Assembly: GCA_013265495.1 (NCBI GenBank)
Contig: MU059972.1
Coordinates: 1,307,525-1,371,524, forward strand
DNA: 64,000 nucleotides
Reading direction: 5' to 3'
Source: Vicugna vicugna
Taxonomy: Eukaryota
A model generated the notes under the pieces. That model saw only the letters and a list, made by a program, of their open reading frames with translations, was not told where the DNA came from and ran no database searches. Shown here piece after piece: positions 25,185 through 37,865 of this stretch. Each line of letters starts with the position of its first letter. Position 1 is the first letter of the stretch. Made by a program: the position numbers and the translations under genes.

Positions 25185-26750
25185 CTACGAGGTGGAAGAG
25201 AAAAGGAGTGATCAAGGACTATGGCTTCAAGACAAAATGAATGTTCCCACACCAGCTGTGAAAACCAGTGGAACCAGTGATGTCCATTTTGCAAAGACTG
25301 AGGCTCCTCTAGTGATCAAGATCCCAGAACTAAACACTGCAGCCGAGTTCACGGGCACTGCTCTTCTTGTAAAAGCACACAAAACAAGTCAATTTTAAAA
25401 AGAAAAAACACTGTACCCATCCCTCCACCTTGACCTCAAATGAAAACTTCATTTTTTTCCTTTTAAAACAATGTTAGACTCACAAAAAGAATCAAAAGCA
25501 GCCCAGAGAGGCCCGGAGCCCCACCGGCCAGCTTCCCTGGCGGGGACACCTGGCACACAACAGGGCGCCAAACCCCGGTGTCAGCACACTGCAGTCAGCC
25601 AGGCCACGGGCCTACTGGGATCCCACCAGCTGGAAACTCATTTTTATTTGTTTAAAAAAGAATAACTGTTGTTTTAAGTCTGGTAGGCTCTGCTAACTGT
25701 CTCTTTATAGATATCCTCATTTTGACACAATAATTACCCAGTTTTTAAACGAACAAGGTAAGGTCTTCCTGTGATAAGAAGGCTAACTGTGTATAGTAAC
25801 TGTCTTTCCAAAGTGATCACTGTACTATCAGCAATTTCTTCTAATTCACTGCACTCAGTTCCTGCAGGAAGCAAGGACACTGGCTTACACAGAGGAGGGA
25901 CTCAACTATGAAAACTGAAAAGGAAAGCGAAGTTGATACTAAAAAATTGAAATTCAAGAAGTACTCAAGATTTTTTAGCAGCAGCAGTATAAAAGTGGGT
26001 GCATACTGACTTCTTTTCCTGCCATATCAATTTTCCTCCTTTCAAGTGGCCCCCAGCGAGTTAAGCGCTCTGGTTGGACGTGTGCCCCTCCAGTGGCCTC
26101 CCACTGCCTGGCCTTGTAAGGGGTCCAGCGCTTCCCCAGAGGGCTCTCCACCGACTCCTTACCTGCCCCTAAGCTGCCCACCTGGGGACACCTGAGACCC
26201 ATGAACCACAGCCCCAGGCGGGCCGGCACGAGGCCCGCCCACACCGCCAGGAGGATTCGCACACCTGGCAGTGCATGGGCCAGGGAGGACCCTGTGTGCG
26301 TCCCCACGGGCAGTAACGTCAGTGAGGACTGCAGGCGGCCGGGACAGAGCCACAGAGCTGCCCCAGAAGTTCCCAGGACCTGCACGTGCCGGTTCCGCAG
26401 AGCCCCAGCCTCCCACACGACGGGCACCGGTCCCAGCTGGTGCCGAGAAGCGAGGCTGGGGGGTGAGGCCGCAGTTCCCGGGCCGGGCCGCCCGGTGCTC
26501 CTCCCACCCCAGGGGCGGGAACGTGCTGGGGGCGCAGGCCCGCATCTCAGTCAGGGAGCAGGGGGGCGGGGTGATCACAGGGCAGTTCAGGGGAGCAGGA
26601 CTCCCCACAGCCAGGGTCGGGGCCTCAGGGCAGCAAGGGAGGCAGCTGCGGAGGGCAGGTGCGGCCTGGAGCCTGCGCCCGGCAGCGAGTCAGGTGGTGT
26701 CCACCTCGTGCGACCAGGTGCAGGTGCAGGAGTCGGGGGCCCAGACTCAC

Positions 26751-26813
26751 CTCGCTGTCCTGCGTGATCTGCACCTGCTCCCCCTGAGGCACCTGGGCGA
26801 TGTGCAGGTGGCC
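26751..26813 (-). CDS. BANP: BANP coding exon 9 (63 nt)
   Basis: GHLHIAQVPQGEQVQITQDSE; acceptor tcttctcttcctgcggatcccacag, donor GAG|gtgagt. Confidence 0.95.
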
Positions 26814-28366
26814 CTGTGGGATCCGCAGGAAGAGAAGACACCAAGAAGCATCAGAGGAAAATCGAGACCAGCGCAAACAAGAAACACCCTCGGAAGTGTG
26901 GCTCCTGGCTCTCCACTCACAGTCCAAGGAAAGGCAGCTGAGTCCGGGGCGCGACATTGCAGGGCTGCAGTGTGGGCGTACTAACCCGCCGCTGGAAATC
27001 AGACCCCAAGCGTATGAAGGGGAGCACTGCCTGGTTCTTAAAGGGGAAGGGGGGCCTAGGAGAAATCTGCTGAATCTGTGAACATTATTAAAGCAGCAAA
27101 TTTAAGAATGAGGTGGACATATCGAAAAGAAAGGAAATCAGAATCTTCCAGAAACCAAAATGACAACTTTTTAAAAATGGTATTATCAACCTGAAGGGAC
27201 CAGAACCCCCCGGGCTGTCAGGTGGAGTCTGCACGATCGGGGCGTGAGGCCACGCAGCAGCACGTGACGGGGGGGTGCGTGCGTCCACACAGAAAACACG
27301 GCAGCCAACTGCTTTGAAATCAGAGACGGATGTGACTATTCAAACAGCTGCCGTAAACATTACCAAACGTGGCTTCAAGGAATCCAGCTCAAATGCCCTT
27401 GTCTTTGCAGACTCAGGCACACAATTGGTTCCTGTAAATGTCGGCTTGAATCCGTGAAATGAATACCCATCATCTTGCTTAAAGTTCCACCTTCATCGAA
27501 ACGGACCTCAAAACAAACCACTGGACAACTTTCTGCGGCTGTCATTTTACCAGGTCTACGTGGCCCCTGCGTCCAAGTCACCTGTCCTGGACTTCTTTCA
27601 AAGAACTTCCTCCCTGGGGAGGCAAAGGCGACTGCCTCTGTGACTGTCAGTTAAACAGAGACCTCACTGTTTACAACTGCGCCACGTCCCCAGGAAGAAG
27701 AACCCTTCGAAGTGCCCCTCAGCACTGTCCGGAGGCCCTCCCTCTGCAGACAGTGTGCTGAGAGCAGCATCAAAGCAAGGCCACCTGGGGTGGGAACCAG
27801 GCTTCCAGGAGGCAGCCGGCAGGGAGGGACCCGGCGAGGAGGCTCCCCAGCAGTTCGGGCCCCACTCTCCCGGGCCACCGCACCCATGAAGGGCCAGCAC
27901 TGCACAGGGCCGGGGAGGCAGACTGGGAGGGCTCGCCATCTGCTGAGGGCCCGTTCGGGCCAAGGGCACATCGCACAGCCAGGGCACGCTCCAGTGACGG
28001 CGGCCACCGGCTCTCTCCAATGGCCCTGGGGCGAAATTACTTCCCTGCTGGGTAAAGGGGGCCTGTGCTCCCGAACCAAGGAAACACCTCTGATGCGCCC
28101 ACCATGTCTCCCAGGAGGACAGGCAGACACAGGGACGCTCAAGTGGCTGAGAGCAGCCGCGGGTGCAGCACACACAGGGGAGCCCCAAGGGGCCGGCAGA
28201 GACATCCTGAGACGCGTGAGGCGATCCCTAACTCCTCCCACTCTGAAATGGCACCTGACCCCATCCCAAGCTTCCGGAGCGGCCCAGACGGCAGTGGGAG
28301 CCTTCGGGGCCCTGCCGCGCCCACCTCCCGGCCCACCCTCCCCGCCCGCCGGCAGAGGGTACATAC

Positions 28367-28497
28367 TACTTGGACCTGCCCGTCCTCTCCGATCTGGTGG
28401 ATCTGGACCTGCTGGGCGTTGGCCAGCGCGTAGTGCAGGGCCTGTGGCGGGGGCTGCTGCATCTCGCTGGCGGGTGGCGGCGTGCTCATCATGGCCT
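28367..28497 (-). CDS. BANP: BANP coding exon 8 (131 nt)
   Basis: (E)AMMSTPPPASEMQQPPPQALHYALANAQQVQIHQIGEDGQVQV; acceptor cgtttccccgcag, donor GTA|gtatgt. Confidence 0.95.
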
Positions 28498-29337
28498 CTG
28501 CGGGGAAACGCACCCGGGGCTCAGCCCTCTTCCACGTCTGGCTTCCTCTCCCCCAGCCCCGATTCCCACGCAGAGGAAAGGCTCGTCTTCGCCCCCAGAC
28601 TCGCGCTGTGCAGGGATCGCTGGCAGCAGCTGTCTGACGGCTGAGAGCGCTAACCTACACAGCCACATCCACGGGGCGGCCACAAACACGCATCCTGACT
28701 GCTGTGCAGGGCGGCTCCTCGGACGTCACAGCCAACGGGAGACAGGGCGGAGTTGAGGCCAAACCCCGTCAGGCAGCGGAAGGCAGTGCGCGCGCCGATC
28801 ATTCAACCAGGGAAGCGAGCCCCACCCACTCAGCCACAGACCCATTTCCAGCAAGTTCACAAAACGAGATACACTTATTTTGATGTGTTGTGTATTCGTT
28901 TTGACTGTAACATTATCTCAGTCAGAAGAATTTTCTTAAACACAACATTAAGGACTCAAAAAAATTTTTTCATTTTCAATGTATATTCGTATTTTTGTTG
29001 CAATAGATGATGGTTTAATAAAAAAACTTCTAAAGATAGAAACATACTGCGTCAGAATGACCTTTTGTGAGAAAAGCAGATACTGATAGAAACGGAAGGA
29101 GGGAAAAGAAAGACGTAAACTGTGTGATTATTGAAGAAAAGGCTTCTCGTGTGCTCAATGGGGCCAACTGACATGGGGTAGATTCCACTGAATACCTTTT
29201 AAATAACTAACACAACAACATTAAAGCGTTAGCACCTGCAACACGTCAGAAACCTCGAATTTAAGTCACTGAATTTACCGCGTAGTCAGTAACTCCCTGT
29301 GACCCCTCACGTGAAGACCAGCCCAAGCTCACGCTCT

Positions 29338-29490
29338 GGGGGGAGGGTTAGCTCGGTGGCAGAGCGCGTGCTCAGCACGCAGAAAGCCTTGGGTTCAATC
29401 CCCTGGACCTCCGCTGAAAACCAGAAAAACCTAATTACCCCTCAAAAACAAAATTAAAAAAATTTAAAAATAATAAATAAATAAATAAAT
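29338..29490 (+). mobile_element. tRNA-derived SINE, camelid Vic-1-like (BANP intron, antisense to gene)
   Basis: gggggagggttagctcggtggcagagcgcgtgctcagcacgc...gggttcaatcccc, then acctaattacccc and an (AAAT)n tail. Confidence 0.85.
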
Positions 29491-32127
29491 TCACGTTTCA
29501 CAGTTTACACCGACATCAAAGCCCAGTGCAAAGCCTGCCTCGGCCACTTGCCTCGCTGGTGATCAGAATCATTCAAGAGCTACAGCCAGTGACGCAGACA
29601 AGGCCGCGTCGAGGGTGGCCCAGACCGTGGCCCCCAGCAGCGACACAGGACAGGCTGTCCCCTCGGGCCCTGCCCGCACCGGACAGCTCCGCTCCGTGTC
29701 CAGGGAGATGCAGCACAGCGGCACGCGGTCAGCAGGTGTCCCCTGCAACCGCGAAGCGCTAGCGCTGGGCACGTGAGTGCGCCTGGGCCCCGGGGGGCTG
29801 TATGGAGCGTGCCCAAGGCGCTTCACGCAGCCAACGCGGCTGCCTCACACGCCGGCACACACAAAGGCTGACACGGTGCGGCCAGCAAGGAGTGTGAAAC
29901 AGAAGCATTTTAATGAAGTCGATTTTTTAAAGTCCCTTGAAACTAGTGATTTTACGGTTTGTGTTCAAACTGGCAGAACTAACTCAGACTTAAACAGACC
30001 AGTCTCGGCCCAGAATCTCACTTAGAGCGTTGACTGGGAAGTGCCCTTTCTGTCTGCTGATCGTTCAGAAGAAGAGAGGACAACCCAGCAGAGCGACTGC
30101 CGCTTGCAGGCTGACAGACTCCTGGCTCAGTGACACGCTCCCGAGGAGCCTGCCACCAGAACAGCCGTGAGCACAGAGAGGAGGACGAGGCCCCGGAGTC
30201 CCCTTGACGGACCACCGCATGTGCTCTACTGAGTTTTAGCCAAGTACGCAGTGCATTCAAACAGAGAAACGGCGAATCAACCGGCAGTTACAAAGCAACA
30301 TTCTCCAAAAATGCTGATAAGAGAAGAATGTGTTCTGTGTTTCTCTCAAAACTCCTCGGTTCCAACACCCGAGAAGCAGCTCCAGCCAAGTGCCAGGAGA
30401 GCAACCCCCGTCAGCATGGTGCCCAGGACTCCCCATCCTCCCCAGACACCTACCTCTAAGGCCAGGGAGCCGATGGAGCCATCTCCTGCCAGAGCTTCCT
30501 AAAAAGTCTCACCATGAATCCCACCCCTCCCCACCCACCACGCTGTGTCCTGGGCGCGGAGACCCTGGGGCAGGCAGCCACGCACCACGTGGTGCCACCT
30601 ACATACCGAGAGAAGGACTAGCAGGGCCCCTCTGGGCACGTGCCCACTGCTCGTGGATCTTCCAAAGCCGCCTGGGGCCGGCCCGCTGACAGGGCTCCGG
30701 ACAGAGTCCTTCCAAAGGACCCGTCAGAGACACGGAGCCTGCCCAGCCTCAGCCCTGGAGATGTCCTCACGGTGGCTGCTCACCGCCCGCAAGGCCAGCG
30801 GCAGCCCTGAGAGCTGCTCAAACCCACAGCGTCTTGGAAGAAACACTGACACGTTTATAAACAAAGAAAAGAGTCACTGAAGACACACAGCTATCATTAA
30901 ACTAAATTACTGTCGTGCAGCTGAAGATGCTAACAACCGAAGAGAAACAAACAGTAATGCGCGAGAGGAGAGAAACGGGGCGTCACCAGCCGTGACGCTT
31001 CAGAGATCAGACCCGAGTCTCCAGCTACAGGGCCAGAAGGGGGTTCCATCCAGGTGGACGGCCCAGGAGCCCAGCCACCACCTCGGGACCCAGTGCCCTC
31101 GCTGCTCACATGGGCTCCAGACCAGCTCGGGCCTCACGCAGGTGCAGGCCCCCGCCCCGATGTACTCAACCAGATCTGACTCTACGAGGCCCCGAGGGGC
31201 CCGCCCACAGGCCAGCTGGGAGAAGCCCTGCTCCGCACGTGTCCCGGCGCCTCCAGAGACGGGATGCGCACCGAGTGCTGCCGTGCGGCCGCGGGAGGGG
31301 ACGACAGACCAGTCCGCGCTGGCCTCCGCCTGCCCGCTCAGGACCACAGGGCCACCCCCAGCAGACCGCCGACTGCCACCTGAGTTCCCACACGCAACTC
31401 CCAACGGTGAGAGGAAGGCCCAGACTCCTCGCCGACAGACCCTTCAGTGCAGGCCACCCCCAGAGGCCGTGCTCAGGCCCACGAGACCGGCCACCTCAGG
31501 GCAGTCAGGGCAGGGAAAGGCAAGTTATCTGACAACCACCAAACTGCCGAGGAAAACCGCTTCCTGAGGTCTGGCTCAGAAAGAACGAGGCCCTGTGCGG
31601 ACTCCAGGTGACCCAGTCTGCTTCCAGAACCAGAGTTCCGGCCCCCCTGCCCGTGGCCGCCCCTGATCCCGGCCCCGACTGTGGTCAGGGCTCAGGTGTG
31701 AGAGCTGCTGCCAGGAAGCCTCTGCCAGAGTTGAAAACTGTTTCTGTGAAAATGTCTGGAGACATCTTGGGTGACAAGCAATGCTGGACTTACTGTCGCT
31801 CCTGGCGAACTTTTCCAGGAAAAACAACCCCTCCTTTCAACACCTGAAAGGAAAGTCTAGGAGTTCCCCGCTACCTTGAGATGAGCACAGCGGAGGCCCT
31901 GCCCCCGCGCAGTAAGCAGCGTCACCGCGGACGCCACGCGGGCGGGACGACGACAGCGCGCCCGTGCCGGGGCGGTGAAGCGGTGCTCCCGGAGGTCCTG
32001 CCCAGCCCCTCCTCCTGCCCCGGAGCCCAGGGCACCCCCTCCCCCTGGGAAACCCCCACTGGGCACCTCGGGGGCCACGCACCCACAGAACCACGCTGGC
32101 CTCACCCAGCCGCCCCACACCGCGTAC

Positions 32128-32295
32128 CTGCAGCTCCGTAGGAGGAGGAGGACGGGGTTCTCCTGGAGAAGCTCTTGACGGCCAGGCTCTGGCCCCGCTG
32201 TTTCCGCCGCCAAGCCGTCCGACACTTAGAGTCGATGCTCTGTTTGATTCGATACCAGTCAGATTCCGTGATTCCAAACTTATAGAAGAGATGAC
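32128..32295 (-). CDS. BANP: BANP coding exon 7 (168 nt; C-terminal part of BEN domain)
   Basis: (C)HLFYKFGITESDWYRIKQSIDSKCRTAWRRKQRGQSLAVKSFSRRTPSSSSYGAA; acceptor ccctgtgtcctgcag, donor CAG|gtacgc. Confidence 0.98.
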
Positions 32296-32559
32296 CTGCA
32301 GGACACAGGGCAGGAGGCTCCGTGAGGCCGGTGGGGCGCGAGCAGGCAGTGCGATGGGGCCGGGAGACCCCTCAGCCGAGGCTGCTATGTGTGACCGACG
32401 CTCTCCGCTATTTATTTTCCCAACTGTCTGCTCTGACTGCCCACATCAGCCGGAGAGGGGCAAAAAGCTAGAGGCGAGGCCCCTACAAGCTTCCTGGATG
32501 CTCCATGCTCCAACCGCCCACCCGAATTTCATGTGCGACACCTCATGCCTGAATGTGGA

Positions 32560-32885
32560 GAAAGAAGCCAAGGGTCCCCACAGTCTTGCCAGCCCAGCTC
32601 GGTTCTCCTCGGTTCACTCGTGTCCGCCTGGCTGCCTCCTTCCTCCTCCAAGTCTGGGCTCTAACATGACCTCAGAAATACTCCCCTCAGCCAGCCTGTC
32701 TGACCCTACAGGGCCTCCCGCCTCCACCCCATCCAGGTCCTCTAACACTTTACAGAACTTCTGTATCTACTGGGTTCACGCTGTTTCCCCCACAGCACAG
32801 GGACCTCTGTTCTGCTCACCCATGTCGGCCAAGAACCCAGAGTATCCAGGCACATAAGAGATGCTTGAACACTGCTGATGAAAAG
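32560..32885 (+). mobile_element. L2 LINE 3' fragment
   Basis: Pyrimidine-rich body ending ccaggcacataagagatgcttgaacactgctgatgaa, resembling the L2 3' terminus. Confidence 0.5.
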
Positions 32886-33854
32886 GTGGTCACGATTACC
32901 TGGAGACCCTCTTCCATCGCCACCCAAGCCTGGGCCGGCTGATCAGCCCTGTCTCCTCAATCAGAATAAAACGCCGTTAAGGCAGAGATCATCCTTACCC
33001 CGTGGAGTCCCCGCCCCCCGGCTGAGTGGGCATCACCTCCACGGGACCCAGGGGGCAGAGCCGTCCTGCAGTCTTTCAGCGTCTGTCCTGTGCTCAGCGC
33101 TGGCACCCGCACTGTCGCCCCTACATCACGCTGAGCTCTCAGTGTGGGACCCGCCAGCCTGCGAGACCCCTCACCAAGGAGGAGGCGGGGGTCAGGGAGG
33201 CCACCAGGGTGGGTGGCCGACGGAGACCCCCCAGCCTGTCCGCCCACTGCCTCTCAGCGGACCACCTCTCACTCCTCCTTGTGCTGAATCGACAGAAAGT
33301 AACGGTCAGGAACGTGGGAATCACAAGACATGCTTTTCAACAGGGTGACCCCCCGCTCACTGGTCATGAAGCTTCACTGATTAACGGGAAAATAAATGGA
33401 TGAAATTCAAAAATTTAATAATAAAAAGATTAAGCTGAAAAACTTCCTGTTTTGACTAAGAGCACCAAGTTTGGACCATGTGCTGAGAGACAAACGGGTG
33501 CCCAACCCCTGAAACATACTCTATGGAGACCGAGACACTGAAACAAAACAAAGCAAAGGAAGCGCTTATCTTCTTCAGCACTGCAGTCAGCAAAGTTTCT
33601 TCTGTCCTGGAAAGACACTTCGTGGCTTTCTGCGAGCTGACGCTTAGGACATCTTTGACTCTAAACAGAATGACAACCAAAATTTCTATACTCTAGAGAG
33701 AAAGAAACTGGCTTCAGGAGAAGCAGGATTTTCAGGAGCAGAGAGAAGAGCCTAGGGCAGTCTCTGCCCCTCTGTCCTCCCGCAGAAAAGGAGACACAGA
33801 GGAAGCAGCAGGTCTCTGCTGGTTCTCAGGTCTTCTCGAAGTCAGTCAGAGGCG

Positions 33855-33915
33855 TCAGTCAGTCAGCATTTACTGAGGGAGGGCGACATGCCTGCACGGC
33901 TCTCAGCGCAAGGGG
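33855..33915 (-). mobile_element. L2 3' terminus fragment, antisense
   Basis: cagtcagtcagcatttactgag...atgcctgcacggctctcagcgc. Confidence 0.4.
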
Positions 33916-35944
33916 AACTCACAAAGTTCCAGCCGGCTACCAACTTTGGTGACAAGAGACTGTAGTCGCAGGAAGGAGAACCCAGCTATGAGAAGTGCAG
34001 GTGTCCAGTCACCGGGAACCCGAACACTGACTGTAGCCGCAGGCACAGGACAAGCCCGCGGCTGACCACAGCTGCACAGGGGTGAACAACCAGCAGAGAA
34101 GTGGTGGCGCGTGGCATCCGACCATCTTACCAGGTGCCAGCTCCAGCACCGACAGACACCGGCAGACCACCCTCCGACCCCTCTCGCCTTCCCACCCAAG
34201 GGAAATGCCTTCCGGATGCCTCCAGGGATGCATGAGGTTATACAAAGTTCCAGAACCTGTCGGCAACGCAGAAGGACGTGTGCAAGGCACACGCGGGTGC
34301 ACGTATATGAGAAATGAGTGAAAATACAAACACTTAAGTTAACTTTGCAAAAGCCGATTTGCTAGTTCAAAACCTGGCTTACGGCCTTCAAAGAAGAAAC
34401 ATACATTCGCGTAGTTCTACATTACCCATTTCTAAATTCTTCTAAGACATTTTATTACATAGCTCCTTCCAGCAGCGACTCAAGACTCCAATTGGATGGC
34501 AGATACCCTCGCAATGGATGCCAAGAAAAACTGACTCAAGAATCAGCAGTACCCGTGTCCCCCTCCCCTGAAGGAGCCGTGGGGCTGGGAGGCCACGGCG
34601 GGCCCGCTCTGCCTCGGAAACCCTGTGGGTAGGCACCGCGGGCCAAAGCCGGTGTTTGCTCTGGCCTCTCAAAGGCACTCTCCATCTTTTCTGACAGTTC
34701 CGGGCAACCTCAGCAAAGTGAATGGAGGAGGGAAGCGCTTACAGTGAGAGATGAGATTACTCTGAATTCACTGGTATTTCACACTTGTTGAGGCATCTTA
34801 TCTCAAGTCACTTGATGCTCCTAAGAGAACCTCACAAAGTAAGAATGTCATTATCTTCCCAGCCGAATTACCAGTCAGGAGTGAGAACCAGCCTTAAACT
34901 CAGGCCGCCCACCCGCACCGAGAAGGGGCCACACCAACCCCGGGAGCGCCTTCCTCTGCCCAACAACAGAGGGCGCCCGGCCAGCCTGGGGACGCTCGGG
35001 CCCGGGGAGGAGGGGTGGGTCACTCGCTCGCCTTCCCACAGCAGGGCCTCCACCATGGCTGCCTCGCACGCAGGCCCTGGGGAGCTAGAGTTCACCTCGG
35101 CCACAGACAAGCCACTGGGGCCTCTCAGAGGCCTGGGGAGGGCAAGCCCCGCGCCCCCACCCCCGGCAAAGGCAGCACCCCCTCCCGAGCCTGCTCCCAG
35201 TTGCTTCCCTGGAGCGCTGCCCGCCCCACCCCCCGCAAATATCTGAGAGGGGTCCCATCTCTGCCGATGGCCTTCCCCTCTCCAGAATGCCCACCCCTGA
35301 CACTGGTGGTTCCATCCTAAAGCCAGATCCCAGCTCTCCAACGAGGCCCTTGGAGGGGCTGAGACGCACTGTGGGAGAAGGCCAGACAAAACGCAGGCAG
35401 AGAGCTTATAACCTCGGTCCTCAGTGGGTGGCATGGGGCTTATCTGCCACAAAGGAATGGAAAACAGGCCACCGCTAACCTGACCTCCAGGCCAAGGGAA
35501 AGGGAAGCATTCCTTAAAGTGACAGTCTCGGCTTGACTGGGAAAACAAGAGAATCGTCACCCCCGAGTGAGGGGCAACCCAGGGCGTGCTCCCGGGAGAG
35601 GGGGCCAGCGTGGCCCTGGCCGCTCCACGCACCACAGGTCAGCGCCTCTGGCCTCAGGGCCAGGCGGGCCCCTCCCCACATAGCGGAGCCCGCTGGAGGG
35701 GTGTCACACCTGGAGCATAGGGAGAAGAACCCAGGGGTCGCCATTAGGCCCTTCCAAGGTGACCGGTGGGCCCCCTCCCCATTTCTCACGGGTGCCCTCC
35801 CACCACACTGACTGCGACTTCCCCCAGCTCTCCAAACTGGTGCCTCGACCCCCCAAAGACAGGGGCAGGGCCCGGAGGGGCTATGGGAGGCACAGCACTT
35901 GAACACACCGTTCTAAAGGACCCAGGCCCTGGATACTCCGAAGA

Positions 35945-36245
35945 GTCCCCCCAGGTTCATGTCCATCTCAGGACCTCAGGACGTGACCTCCCTGGGAAAC
36001 ACGGTCTTTGCATACGTGAGTGACTCAGCTGAGCTGAGGCCCCGCGGGAGTGTGACTGGCCTCCTCACAGGGAGAGGACAGCCGGCACACACAGGCACGC
36101 GCGGCGGGGGGCGGGGGGCAGGGTGGGCTCCCGTGGGCTGCCTGGAAGAGGCAAGGGAGACTCACCCCAGCCCCCGGGAGGGAGTGCGGCCCTGCCAACA
36201 CCTGGGTCTCAGATTCGGGGCCCCAGACTGTGAGGAGGGAACCAC
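35945..36245 (+). mobile_element. MLT1 (ERVL-MaLR) solo LTR, degenerate
   Basis: acctcaggacgtgacctccctgggaaacacggtctttgca...ctggaagaggcaaggg...ggccctgccaacacctgggtctcag...cagactgtgag. Confidence 0.7.
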
Positions 36246-37625
36246 TGGCAGTGCTCAGTGACGGCAGCCCCGGGAACACGCGAGGGAAGGGCAGCAGGGA
36301 TGGAGCCCCTGAGGAGCGACACCAGGCAGGACCCTCATCCCTAGGCCACCCATCCCCCGGGTGAGGGGAGCTGGGTGGGGGCCGACTCCCCGACAAGAGG
36401 GGCCTGCCTGCTCGGCCCGCACGGCACCTCCCCCGGCACCAGTGCCTCTGCTGCTTCCAGAGCTGGAACGTCACAACAGAGGCCCTTCGACCCAAAAAGC
36501 CTAAGGTGGGAGCGCTCAGCCGGGGAAGTTAGCCCACCCGGCTCCTCTTCCCCCCGAGCTGTTCCACCCCCCGCCTCGAGGCTGAGGTCCGCTACTCCAT
36601 TATTCTCAGGCTCCATGACAGACACGGGGGTCAGGACGCCCACGGCCGAGAGCCAGGGGACCAGGGTGACGAGCCGCCTGCTGGGAGCAGGCCCAGGCCC
36701 CTCTGCTCAGGAGCTGTCAGGACAGCCTGCCACCAAGACCACCAGCTGCCCGCACCGCCGTGTAAACAGACATGGGAACTGCATCTCTGCCCTTCTGTAC
36801 ATGCTTCCAAAAGCCGGCCCCTCTCACTCAGCGCCCCGACCGAGTCCCACGGCTCAGCGTCAGAGAGCCCCGTGGGGGGGACAAGGTGCTCGGTGGCAGG
36901 ATGACATCCCTTCTCCACCACGAGACGGTGAGCTCTGGGTAGTTCGCTTTCTCTCCATGTTGCTAAACGAGACTTAAATGCCACGCCAGCTGTGGCTGGT
37001 CCCCGGAGCCGGGGCTTCAGACGTGACAACCCAACCTCCTGTGGGAAGCCTCGCGTCTCATGGGCACCAGCCTCCTTTCACGTTTTTATTTTAAGCCGCG
37101 TTGAAAGCCCTCCCGGTCAGGCAGGCTGGACGGTCAACGAGCCCTGGGTGAGGCCAGGCCAGCACATGCTGCTGGGAGAGCATGGGTGCCCCTGGTCCCG
37201 CCAAGTGTCATCAAGACGACACAGCGTGTACCGCCCACCCTCACAGCCCCACCGGGGATGAAGGTCGGGACTACGAGATCGCCCACCACAACCAGCGAGT
37301 TGGCCCAGAACCCCACTACCTCAGGAAGGGATGAAGCAGGCGGCGCCCTGCGTGTCCCCGGGAAGCCCTGGAGAGGGCCACGGGCAGGGGAGGCCGGGAA
37401 GGCTCCGGCCCTGCCCCGTGCAGCCCTCGGGAGCGGCCCCAGGACAGGGGCAGCCCGGGTCTGGGAGGCCCCACTCGGCGGCGTCTCTCCCACGGGTAGG
37501 GCACTGGACAGCGTTTACCGAAGGAAATGCTCCATCCAGAAGCTCGTTCCGGGCTCTGTGGCCAGTCATGCGGCCAGCGCCCTCCGCCCGCAGCTCCCCC
37601 CCAGGGCCTCCCACGGCGCACTTAC

Positions 37626-37865
37626 ACCGGATGCCGTAGATGGTGAGGGGGTCGAGCTGCTTTTTGCCGTGCTTGCCCTGGCCCGAGAGGTTGGAGACGG
37701 CCTGCACCTCGCGGTGGAAGAGGTAGTCCAGCAGCGTGAGAGCCATCTTCTCGGCTGTGCGGCAGTTGGTGCTGATATGCAGCATGTCGGACGGGATGAT
37801 GGCGCAGCGCACCCGCATCTCAGGGTTGTTCTCGTCCCCCAGCCACGTGCCGTTGGGGTAGTCCT
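37626..37865 (-). CDS. BANP: BANP coding exon 6 (240 nt; N-terminal part of BEN domain)
   Basis: (E)DYPNGTWLGDENNPEMRVRCAIIPSDMLHISTNCRTAEKMALTLLDYLFHREVQAVSNLSGQGKHGKKQLDPLTIYGIR; acceptor ccctctctctttcag, donor GGT|gtaagt. Confidence 0.98.

Noticed and set aside
27712-28644. 310-aa + strand ORF overlapping exon 8
   Set aside because: Antisense shadow of GC-rich exon and intron; no homology recognised
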